This document shows, piece after piece, positions 13,401 through 24,431 of a DNA stretch of 64,000 bases. A program made the translations under genes and the position numbers. Location: assembly GCA_040954595.2 (NCBI GenBank), contig CM082587.2, forward strand, positions 11,165,403-11,229,402, given 5' to 3'. The DNA comes from Balanoglossus misakiensis (taxonomy: Eukaryota; Animalia; Hemichordata). The notes beneath the pieces are model-generated. The model made no database searches. It was not told the DNA's origin and was given only the letters and a program-made list of their open reading frames with translations. Positions within the stretch are counted from its first letter, which is position 1. Every line of letters starts with the position of its first letter.

Positions 13401-16400
13401 TGAAAGCTTACTTCCTGAGACTGTTTGTGCCAATGACGGGTAAGACCACTTATGAAGTGGTGACCTAAGACAGGCGACAGTCAGGCTTCACTTACAAAAA
13501 GTGGAAAATATAATAGCTACATTGGTAGGATGAAAGCTTACTTCCTGAGACTGTTTGTGCCAATGACGGGTAAGACCGCTTATGAAGTGGTGACCTAAGA
13601 CAGGCGACAGTCAGGCTTCACTTACAAAAAGTGGAAAATATAATAGCTACATTGGTAGGCTGAAAGCTTACTTCCTGAGACTGTTTGTGCCAATGACGGG
13701 TAAGACCGCTTATGAGGTGGTGACCTAAGACAGGCGACAGTCAGGCTTCACTTACAAAAAGTAAAAAATTTAATAGCTACATTGGTAGGCTGAAAGCTTA
13801 CTTCCTGAGACTGTTTGTGCCAATGACGGGTAAGACCGCTTATGAAGAGGTGACCTAAGACAGGCGACAGTCAGGCTTCACTTACAAAAAGTGGAAAATA
13901 TAATAGCTACATTGGTAGGCTGAAAGCTTACTTCCTGAGACTGTTTGTGCCAATGACGGGTAAGACCTCTTATGAAGTGGTGACCTAAGACAGGCGACAG
14001 TCAGGCTTCACTTACAAAAAGTGGAAAATACAATAGCTACATTGGTAGGCTGAAAGCTTACTTCCTGAGACTGTTTGTGCCAATGACGGGTAAGACCGCT
14101 TATGAAGTGGTGACCTAAGACAGGCGACAGTCAGGCTTCACTTACAAAAAGTGGAAAATATAATAGCTACATTGGTAGGCTGAAAGCTTACTTCCTGAGA
14201 CTGTTTGTGCCAATGACAGGTAAGACCGCTTATGAAGTGGTGACCTAAGACAGGCGACAGTCAGGCTTCACTTACAAAAAGTGGAAAATATAATAGCTAC
14301 ATTGGTAGGCTGAAAGCTTACTTCCTGAGACTGTTTGTGCCAATGACGGGTAAGACCGCTTATGAGTCGGTGACCTAAGACAGGCCACAGTCAGGCTTCA
14401 CTTACAAAAAGTGGAAAATATAATAGCTTCATTGGTAGGCTGAAAGCTAACTTCCTGAGACTGTTTGTGCCAATGACGGGTAAGACCGCTTATGAGGTGG
14501 TGACCTAAGACAGGCGACAGTCAGGCTTCACTTACAAAAAGTGGAAAATATAATAGCTACATTGGTATGCTGAAAGCTTAATTCCTGAGACTGTTTGTGC
14601 CAATGACGGGTAAGACCGCTTATGAAGTGGTGAACTAAGACAGGCGACAGTCAGGCTTCACTTACAAAAAGTGGAAAACATAATAGCTACATTGGTAGGC
14701 TGAAAGCTTACTTCCTGAGACTGTTTGTGCCAATGACGGGTAAGACCTCTTATGAAGTGGTGACCTAAGAAAGGCGACAGTCAGGCTTCACTTACAAAAA
14801 GTGGAAAATACAATAGCTACATTGGTAGGCTGAAAGCTTACTTCCCGAGACTGTTTGTGCCTATGACGGGTAAGACCGCTTATAAAGTGGTGACCTAAGA
14901 CAGGCGACAGTCAGGCTTCACTTACAAAAAGTGGAAAATACAATAGCTACATTGGTAGGCTGAAAGCTTACTTCCTGAGACTGTTTATGCCAATGGCGGG
15001 TAAGACCTCTTATGAAGTGGTGACCTAAGACAGGCGACAGTCAGGCTTCACTTACAAAAAGTGGATAATATAATAGCTACATTGGTAGGCTGAAAGCTTA
15101 CTTCCTGAGACTGTTTGTGCCAATGACAGGTAAGACCGCTTATGAAGTGGTGACCTAAGACAGGCGACAGTCAGGCTTCACTTACAAAAAGTGGAAAATA
15201 TAATAGCTACATTGGTAGGCTGAAAGCTTACTTCCTGAGACTGTTTGTGCCAATGACGGGTAAGACCGCTTATGAGTCGGTGACCTAAGACAGGCGACAG
15301 TCAGGCTTCACTTACAAAAAGTGGAAAATATAATAGCTTCATTGGTAAGCTGAAAGCTAACTTCCTGAGACTGTTTGTGCCAATGACGGGTAAGACCGCT
15401 TATGAGGTGGTGACCTAAGACAGGCGACAGTCAGGCTTCACTTACAAAAAGTGGAAAATATAATAGCTACATTGGTATGCTGAAAGCTTAATTCCTGAGA
15501 CTGTTTGTGCCAATGACGGGTAAGACCGCTTATGAAGTGGTGAACTAAGACAGGCGACAGTCAGGCTTCACTTACAAAAAGTGGAAAACATAATAGCTAC
15601 ATTGGTAGGCTGAAAGCTTACTTCCTGAGACTGTTTGTGCCAATGACGGGTAAGACCGCTTATGAAGTGGTGACCTAAGACAGGCGACAGTCAGGCTTCA
15701 CTTACAAAAAGTGGAAAATACAATAGCTACATTGGTAGGCTGAAAGCTTACTTCCGGAGACTGTTTGTGCCAATGACGGGTAAGACCTCTTATGAAGTGG
15801 TGACCTAAGACAGGCGACAGTCAGGCTTCACTTACAAAAAGTTGAAAATACAATAGCAACATTGGTAGGCTGAAAGCTTACTTCCTGAGTCTGTTTGTGC
15901 CAATGACGGGTAAGACCTCTTATGAAGTGGTGACCTAAGACAGGCGACAGTCAGGCTTCACTTACAAAAAGTTGAAAATACAATAGCTACATTGGTAGGC
16001 TGAAAGCTTACTTCCTGAGACTGTTTGTGCCAATGACGGGTAAGACCTCTTATGAAGTGGTGACCTAAGACAGGCGACACTCAGGCTTCACTTACAAAAA
16101 GTTGAAAATACAATAGCTTCATTGGTAGGCTGAAAGCTAACTTCCTGAGACTGTTTGTGCCAATGACGGGTAAGACCTCTTATGAAGTGGTGACCTAAGA
16201 CAGGCGACAGTCAGGCTTCACTTACAAAAAGTGGAAAATATAATAGCTACATTGGTATGCTGAAAGCTTAATTCCTGAGACTGTTTGTGCCAATGACGGG
16301 TAAGACCGCTTATGAAGTGGTGAACTAAGACAGGCGACAGTCAGGCTTCACTTACAAAAAGTGGAAAACATAATAGCTACATTGGTAGGCTGAAAGCTTA

Positions 16401-17814
16401 CTTCCTGAGACTGTTTGTGCCAATGACGGGTAAGACCTCTTATGAAGTGGTGACCTAAGAAAGGCGACAGTCAGGCTTCACTTACAAAAAGTGGAAAATA
16501 CAATAGCTACATTGGTAGGCTGAAAGCTTACTTCCCGAGACTGTTTGTGCCTATGACGGGTAAGACCGCTTATAAAGTGGTGACCTAAGACAGGCGACAG
16601 TCAGGCTTCACTTACAAAAAGTGGAAAATACAATAGCTACATTGGTAGGCTGAAAGCTTACTTCCTGAGACTGTTTGTGCCAATGACGGGTAAGACCGCT
16701 TATGAAGTGGTGACCTAAGACAGGCGACAGTCAGGCTTCACTTACAAAAAGTGGAAAATATAATAGCTACATTGGTAGGCTGAAAGCTTACTTCCTGAGA
16801 CTGTTTGTGCCAATGACAGGTAAGACCGCTTATGAAGTGGTGACCTAAGACAGGCGACAGTCAGGCTTCACTTACAAAAAGTGGAAAATATAATAGCTAC
16901 ATTGGTAGGCTGAAAGCTTACTTCCTGAGACTGTTTGTGCCAATGACGGGTAAGACCGCTTATGAGTCGGTGACCTAAGACAGGCGACAGTCAGGCTTCA
17001 CTTACAAAAAGTGGAAAATATAATAGCTTCATTGGTAAGCTGAAAGCTAACTTCCTGAGACTGTTTGTGCCAATGACGGGTAAGACCGCTTATGAGGTGG
17101 TGACCTAAGACAGGCGACAGTCAGGCTTCACTTACAAAAAGTGGAAAATATAATAGCTACATTGGTATGCTGAAAGCTTAATTCCTGAGACTGTTTGTGC
17201 CAATGACGGGTAAGACCGCTTATGAAGTGGTGAACTAAGACAGGCGACAGTCAGGCTTCACTTACAAAAAGTGGAAAACATAATAGCTACATTGGTAGGC
17301 TGAAAGCTTACTTCCTGAGACTGTTTGTGCCAATGACGGGTAAGACCTCTTATGAAGTGGTGACCTAAGACAGGCGACAGTCAGGCTTCACTTACAAAAA
17401 GTGGAAAATATAATAGCTTCATTGGTAGGCTGAAAGCTTACTTCCTGAGACTGTTTGTGCCTATGACGGGTAAGACCGCTTATGAAGTGGTGACCTAAGA
17501 CAGGCGACAGTCAGGCTTCACTTACAAAAAGTGGAAAATATAATAGCTACATTGGTATGCTGAAAGCTTAATTCCTGAGACTGTTTGTGCCAATGACGGG
17601 TAAGACCACTTATGAAGTGGTGACCTAAGACAGGCGACAGTCAGGCTTCACTTACAAAAAGTGGAAAATATAATAGCTACATTGGTAGGCTGAAAGCTTA
17701 CTTCCTGAGACTGTTTGTGCCAATGACGGGTAAGACCGCTTATGAAGTGGTGACCTAAGACAGGCGACAGTCAGGCTTCACTTATAAAAAGTGGAAAATA
17801 TAATAGCTACATTG
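10460..17814 (+). repeat. 130-bp satellite array, block 2 (~56 monomers)
   Basis: Same monomer and orientation; ends at GCTACATTG immediately before TGTTAC of the BEL LTR. Confidence 0.99.
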
Positions 17815-18717
17815 TGTTACAGTCAAATTTTCTATTTTTGGATTTTGGGGAAAGCGCCCTCTGTAGACATATGGGACTTCACAGTAGTGCTGACCTTTGC
17901 CCCCTGGACGGGTTTCCTGACTCCCTGATACAGTATTTAAGGCATTGTTTGAAAAGCGAAACCAGTAGATTATTGGGGCAGCTGCCGAGGAAGGAGTGTC
18001 GCAGTCATTGTTCTGTAGGACAAAGGAGTGTCTCAGTCATTGTTCTGTAGGACCAGGGTGTGTCACAGTCGTTGATCTGTAGGACCAGAGTGTGTCACAG
18101 TCGTTTTTTCTGAAAGAATGGTATGTACCACACATGTAAAGATTTATTTTCTGCAGCGATGTCTGTAGTTTTCTTTGAAAGTATTTCTGTCGTTCTTGAA
18201 CTTTTCCGGGCGATTTTGTGTACTCGCCTCACTTACCTTGTTCCTGGCGAAGATGTCTCATTGTCTGAAGTTATGCTATTTGATTTAGTAATCTTTTAAC
18301 TTACCTGGTCTGGCGAAATGTATGAAGTCTTATGATATTTGACCAGTAAATTTCAAGTCGTTTTTGCATACTTTTTCAGTGTATGATACACATAGCAGTC
18401 TTCGCGGACGCAGTCAGTCTCTTTGTGGACGTGGTGTCAGTCTTTTGTGGATGCGGGCGTTAATGGGGAAATTGTTTCGGTAAGAAACTATATGGTAAAT
18501 TTTGTCAGTTTGTATTTATATACATGTATTTGGTCATTTGATAGTGAAAGAATGCACATGTATGAAATGTATTTATTTATTTATGTATTTATGTATTGAT
18601 TCAGGTAATCGTCTCGTACAGTAACGTACGTGCGCATTAAAGACAATTGTATCCCAGAATTGAAGCGCCTCCACGTGTGAATTGATAAAAGGGCTGCACA
18701 TCTCAATTACCGAAACA
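17815..18717 (+). repeat. Putative 5' LTR of the BEL element (~0.9 kb)
   Basis: Begins TGTT; candidate end GAAACA at 18717, followed by TGGTAGAGG (PBS-like TGG at 18724) and the gag ATG at 18748; ATTAAA near 18636. The 3' boundary cannot be confirmed without the second LTR. Confidence 0.6.
17991..18105 (+). repeat. 32-bp tandem repeat (~3.5 copies) inside the BEL LTR
   Basis: AAGGAGTGTCGCAGTCATTGTTCTGTAGGACA-like units at 17991, 18023 and ~18055, plus a partial copy. Confidence 0.85.
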
Positions 18718-18747
18718 ACCTTATGGTAGAGGGATACTCAACTGAAG

Positions 18748-21700
18748 ATGGATGGTGAGTCAAGGCCCAGGAAGCTGACTGTTAGAGGACAGGAATATGC
18801 TGAAGGGATGAAGTTCAAAGCCCTTGGAGAAGCATGGAAAGGTTTGAAAGCTGTATCAGAAGAGATGACGTCTCTGATAGCAGAAAATCCACCAATTGAA
18901 AGTACGAAGAGTACACATAAGAGATGGATGAGCAAATATGAGCTGTTTATGAAGGCCAATGATAACTACTGTGCTTTATTAGATGAAGTAGCCCGTACTG
19001 AATACTTCGAACGTTGGTTTGATGAAAAGGACGTTTGGATAACAAATGTGAAGTCCAGAATAACAGCGTGGTTCCAAACCAAATCTGTAGAACAAATGAC
19101 AGTAACAAAAACAGAATCAACATCGAGTTCCAAGTGATCGGTGAGAAGCAAGGTTTCCTCAGTGAAATCAGTTGAAAAGGCTAAAAGGGCGGCATTGCTT
19201 GAAAAGGAGAAGTTGCTGAGAGACAAACAGGATTTAGAGAAACGATTGAAATTATTAGAAGTGGAACTGAAACATGAAATAGAGTCACACGAAATAAAGA
19301 CAGAGATAGCAGTGTCCAATGCTAAATGTGATCTGCTAGAGGAAATTGAAAGTAACATTGATAGTCAGTCGGAAGACAGCGAAAGTTGTGTAGAGAACAG
19401 TTCTTCAAGCCAACATCGTGCACCTTCACAAGACAAGAACAGTCCAGTTAATCACGGACAGAACAATAACACAACAGAACAACAGAATGAACATAAAGAA
19501 AATAAAGTTATGTACCAGGCGACGCCCAAAGTTTCAGAAGTCATTGACAAGAACATGTGTGATGTGTTGCTGCAAATGAAGAAACCCAGACTTGAGATAG
19601 CAAAGTTTGGTGGTGACTGTTTGAACTATAACAAGTTTATTAGACAATTCAAGTCAAGAACAGAGAACATTTGTTCAAATGATGAAAAAATTACTTACCT
19701 GGAGCAGTTCACAACAGGTGAAGCTCACCGTGTTGTAGTTGGATTTTCGTATTTAGATGCTGAAGTCGGCTATCCAGCAGCAATGAAAGAGCTGAACCGC
19801 AGGTATGGAGACCCGGAGGTAATCGCCAATTCCTATGTAAAGAAAGTGCTATCCTGGCCACCTATCCGAGCAGACGATCCAAAAGCCTTGGATGAATTTT
19901 CCATATTCCTCCAAGAATGTGAGGCGGCTACTCATTGTGTGGGCAGTTTTGGGATCCTGGAGTACTCGGAGAACTTGAAAGAAATTATACGGAAGTTGCC
20001 AATGTATATGCATGACAGATGGCGAAGTACAGTACAAACTCTTCGAAGAAGGGAGAGAAGAATTGGTTTTAGTGACCTTGTGCAATTTATCCAGTTGGAA
20101 TCAACCAAGCAGAATGATCCAATTTTTGGGAGAGACAACCTGACTGTTGAGAAAAGACAGAAAAGGGACCGTGTTCAGGGAAAAGTTGCGGCAGTGACAA
20201 GTGTTGACAATAGTGGTATGAAATGTTGGTGCTGTGAGGGGCCACACAGACTCCCTAGCTGTCCGAAGATTGAGACAATGACATTGAAAGACAGGAGAGA
20301 ATTGATGAGAAGATTGAAGGTGTGTTTCAAATGCTTCAGAAAGGGACACTTTGCTACTGGCTGTAAATTGAACATGACTTGCGATGTGTGCAAAGGTAAT
20401 CACCATACCTTGTTGCATGACTTCAACTTCACCCGCCAGAAAGATGCCAATACATGTATGTCGAGTCGGAACAGTGACAATCTGTCTGCCAGTAGTGCTA
20501 TGACTGTGAACCAGCCAACAAGTAACAACGCCACAAGTTTTAGTGGATGTACCATGCCGATTGTTCCAGTGAAAGTGACAATTGGGTCCAATACTGTAAG
20601 ATGTAACGCATTCTTAGATCCTGGCAGCAATGTATCATTTTGTACGGACAGTTTGGCGCAGAAGTTGCAGGTAACCGGTACAGAGACGACGTTATCCATG
20701 AAGACTATGAGTACCACATGTAACATTCCAACACGTATGATATCGGGGTTGAAGATAGAATCAATTAGTGGGGAAGGCGTACCAGTGCATCTGCCTCCAG
20801 TTTATACCAAATCAAACTTACCTGTGGGAGAATGGCACATACCTACCAAGAAAGACATTTCCTCCTGGGAGCACTTGAAGGACGTCGACTTGCCAAGGCT
20901 GAAAATTAACACCGGTATTGATCTGTTGATAGGAAACAACGTTCCAGCAGCATATGCCCCATTGAAGGTGAAAACTGGCCCACCAGGAAGCCCATATGCC
21001 ACCCAGACGCCTCTGGGGTGGGTAGCCTGGGGTGTCACCAAGATTGGCAAGGGAGAGACCTCCTGTAACTTCATAATGGCGGAAAGAAATCTAGAAACGT
21101 TATACGAACAGAGCCTTAATTACGACTTCCCAGAGAGGGCCGTTGATGACAAGAGGGAATGGTCTTGGGAAGACAAAAACTTCATTAATGTGATGAATAG
21201 ATCCTGTAAGATGATAGATGGTCACTACCAGGTTGACCTCCCCTTCCGAGATCCTGATGTGTTGGTACCGAATAATCAAAAGATGGCAGAACAACGGCTA
21301 AAGGGATTGCTAGGGAAAATGAACAATAACTCCCACTTCAAGGCTGATTACATAGACTTTATGGAGAAAGTTATCAGTAGTGGGTATGCGGAAGAGGTTC
21401 CAGAGCACATGAGACCGAAGGAAGGACGTGAATGGTATATACCCCACCATGGTGTGTACCATCCGAAAAAACCAAACAAAATACGAGTGGTATTTGATTG
21501 TGCCGCCAAGTTTAGAGGAACGTCTCTGAATGATGTCTTATTGCCTGGTCCCAATTTGTTGAATAATCTTCAAGGAGTGCTGTTGCGGTTCCGAGAGTTT
21601 CCGGTTGCCTTCTCAAGTGACATTGAGTGTATGTTTTATCAAGTCAAGGTGCCGGAGTGTCAGCGAGACTTCCTGAGATTTTTATGGTGGCCGATGGGGG

Positions 21701-23664
21701 ACACTAGCCAGAAACCTAAAGTCTACCGTATGTGTGTACATCTGTTTGGTGCAGCATCCTCGCCATCATGTTGTAACTACAGCCTGAAGAAAGTTGGGAC
21801 AGATAATAGATGTGATGCCAGTCAAGAAGCAGTCAACACTCTACACAACAATTTCTACATGGATGATGGACTGAAGTCTGTAGAAAATGCGGAAAGTGCC
21901 ATACAGTTGGTGAGTGAACTGAAAGCATTGTGCAAAAGTGGCGGCTTCAACCTAACCAAGTGGTCTAGCAATAAAAGGGAAGTACTGAGGGAAATCCCAG
22001 TTGAGGATCGAGCGAAGGACTTGATGGACTTGGACCTGGATTCATCACAGCTTCCTACAGAGAGAACTCTTGGCTTGTTATGGAATGCAGAAACAGATGA
22101 GTTCCAATTCAAGAGCCACTTGAAAAGGACGGAGGCTACCAGAAGAGCGATGCTGTCTATATTCAGTTCAATTTATGATCCATTGGGTTTCATAGCACCA
22201 CTTATCATTCCTGCAAAAACTATGTTCCAAGAATTGTGCAGGCAAAAGGTGGGATGGGACGAAGAGCCGGGTGAAGATGTACTTAGAAGATGGCAGATCT
22301 GGAAGACTAGCATCGAAGATTTGGAAGAAGTAAATATACCAAGATGCTATGCACCAGCGGAATTCGGAAAGGTGACACGCAGAGAAATACATGCATTTGC
22401 AGACGCCAGTGAAATAGGATATGGCTGTGCTATTTACATCAGACAACTCAATGCAGATGGTGATGTACATTGTTCGCTTGTATTTGCCAAAGCGAGAGTG
22501 ACTCCTTTAAAGAGAATAACAATACCCAGACTCGAACTTACAGCTGCAACGTTAGCCACCAGAATGGTCGCCATACTTCACAGAGAATTAGACATCAAAA
22601 TTGACAAGACTATGTACTGGACAGACAGCACAGCAGTTTTGAAGTACATCATGAATGACAGAGCAAGATACCATACCTTTGTTGCGAACAGAGTTCAGGT
22701 CATCAGAGAAGCATCGATTCCTGATCAGTGGCGTCATGTTGATACAAAGATAAACCCCGCAGATTTAGCATCCAGAGGTGTTAACACAGTCAGAGAGCTG
22801 AACAACAATAATTGGCTATGCGGACCAGAATTTTTGTGGCAGAAAGAAGCCTATTGGCCAAAACAGGCGATTTCCACGCAGATGGAAGAAAATGATCCGG
22901 AAGTGAAAACTGCTTGTGTGACTATTCAGACAGAAGAAACTTCAGTGGTCGACTCTCTGGTTGCAAGACTCTCTGGTTGGTTGAAATTGAAGAGAGTGAT
23001 GTCCTATGTCTTATTAGCAGTGATGAAATTCCTCAAGCTCATTGGAAGATCGGAAGAAAAATCCAGTTGTACACAATACCTGACCCCCTCCATGTTGCAC
23101 GAAAGTGAAATAGCCATATTGAAAGATGTCCAGAAGAAGGCGTACACAGAAGAAAGAGAAGCTCTATCAAAAGGTCAAGCAGTTCCCAAGAAAAGTACTC
23201 TCTTCAAATACAATCCTATTTTATCTGAAGAAGGTCTTATTCGTGTTGGTGGAAGACTGAAGAGAGCTGACTTACCGTATGAATCCAAGCATCCGGTGGT
23301 ATTGCCGAAAGATGCTCCAGTGTCACAGATGATTGTTCAAGATGCCCATTCAGCTGTTGGACATTTGGGAAAAAATGCTACATTGGCGAAAATCAGAGAA
23401 AATTACTGGATCTATGGAGGAAGTCAGTTGGTGAAGAGGGTGACGAGAAATTGCGTTCTATGCCGGCGGTACCAAAGGGCACCTTGTGAACAGATGATGG
23501 CTGACTTACCTGCAGAAAGAGTCCAGGCTGAAGTATCACCATTTACCTTCTGTGGGATGGATTATTTTGGTCCATTAACAGTGCGACGTGCACGATCTGA
23601 GGTGAAGCGGTATGGTGTTATATTTACTTGCCTTTCATCCAGAGCAGTACATTTGGAAGTTGCC
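18748..23664 (+). pseudogene. BEL/Pao gag-pol polyprotein with one in-frame TGA (19135-19137) and a truncated integrase
   Basis: ORFs 18748-19137 and 19141-23712 share a frame. Triple Cys/His knuckle (CWCCEGPH, CFKCFRKGH, CDVCKGNHHTLLH), protease FLDPGS, RT KIRVVFD/YMDD, RNase H FADAS and TIPRLEL, integrase HHCC and GMDYFGP. The rest of the catalytic core is missing. Confidence 0.93.
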
Positions 23665-24145
23665 ACTAACCCTGTCAGTGCTTGGAAATTTCTAGGCTCT
23701 CACATTCCCTGAGTGTCTGGAAATTTCCGACCACTGACCCTTGTCAGTGCTTGGAAATTTCTAAGCTCTCACATTCCCTGAGTGTCTGGAAATTTCCGAC
23801 CACTGACCCTTGTCAGTGCTTGGAAATTTCCAGGCTCTCACATTCCCTGAGTGTCTGGAAATTTCCGACCACTGACCCTTGTCAGTGCGTGGAAATTTCC
23901 AGGCTCTCACATTCCCTGAGTGTCTGGAAATTTCCGACCACTGACCCTTGTCAGTGCTTGGAAATTTCTAAGCTCTCACATTCCCTGAGTGTCTGGAAAT
24001 TTCCGACCACTGACCCTTGTCAGTGCTTGGAAATTTCCAGGCTCTCACATTCCCTGAGTGTCTGGAAATTTCCGACCACTGACCCTTGTCAGTGCTTGGA
24101 AATTTCCAGGCTCTCACATTTCCAAGCACTGACCCTTCTGGAGTG
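23664..24145 (+). repeat. 69-bp minisatellite (~6.5-7 copies), ending in an inverted partial unit; possible DNA-transposon subterminal region
   Basis: Unit CACTGACCCTTGTCAGTGCTTGGAAATTTCYAGGCTCTCACATTCCCTGAGTGTCTGGAAATTTCCGAC; ends TTTCCAAGCACTGACCCTTCTGGAGTG. Confidence 0.92.
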
Positions 24146-24431
24146 ACTAGCAATTTTTTGCAAATTGTACTATTAATTGAATTCATAATTTAGTTATTAG
24201 TTTTTTTCAATGAAATATTCAAATCCATACAACCTAAAGATGGCTCCTTCATTATTTCTATGGAAATTTCACAGTTTATTCTTTTCTTTCTGCACACTCG
24301 CAAACATCTTGAAAATAATCATAGAAAAATATCGAAATATATTGTACTGTGAACAAAACACTAATTTCCTTGAAAAAAGTTTAAAAAACGGCTACTTTTC
24401 GGAAATTGGAAAATGTTTTCTATACTGTTTC
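24146..24431. other. AT-rich spacer between the 69-mer and the satellite (copy 1)
   Basis: Non-repetitive internally; appears identical to 27056-27341. Confidence 0.85.

Larger units (their letters stand above)
17815..23664 (+). mobile_element. BEL/Pao LTR retrotransposon, 3'-truncated within integrase (no 3' LTR in the window)
   Basis: TGTTAC start at the satellite junction; gag-PR-RT-RH-IN polyprotein with BEL/Pao hallmarks; sequence switches to a 69-bp repeat after ...RAVHLEVA. Confidence 0.95.

Noticed and set aside
18738-23108. Short antisense or overlapping ORFs within BEL (likewise 999-1211, 7495-8816, 52023-53977, 58700-60085)
   Set aside because: Shadow frames of the retroelement polyproteins with no recognisable motifs.
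24147-24150. Helitron 3' end (CTAG after hairpins)
   Set aside because: It is followed by C rather than T, and there is no GC-rich hairpin at the expected distance.
23682-24186. ORFs with a 23-aa repeat (154 aa on +, 72 aa on -), also at 26868-27096
   Set aside because: By-products of a 69-bp repeat with stop-free frames; the repeat's structure is at the DNA level (palindromes).
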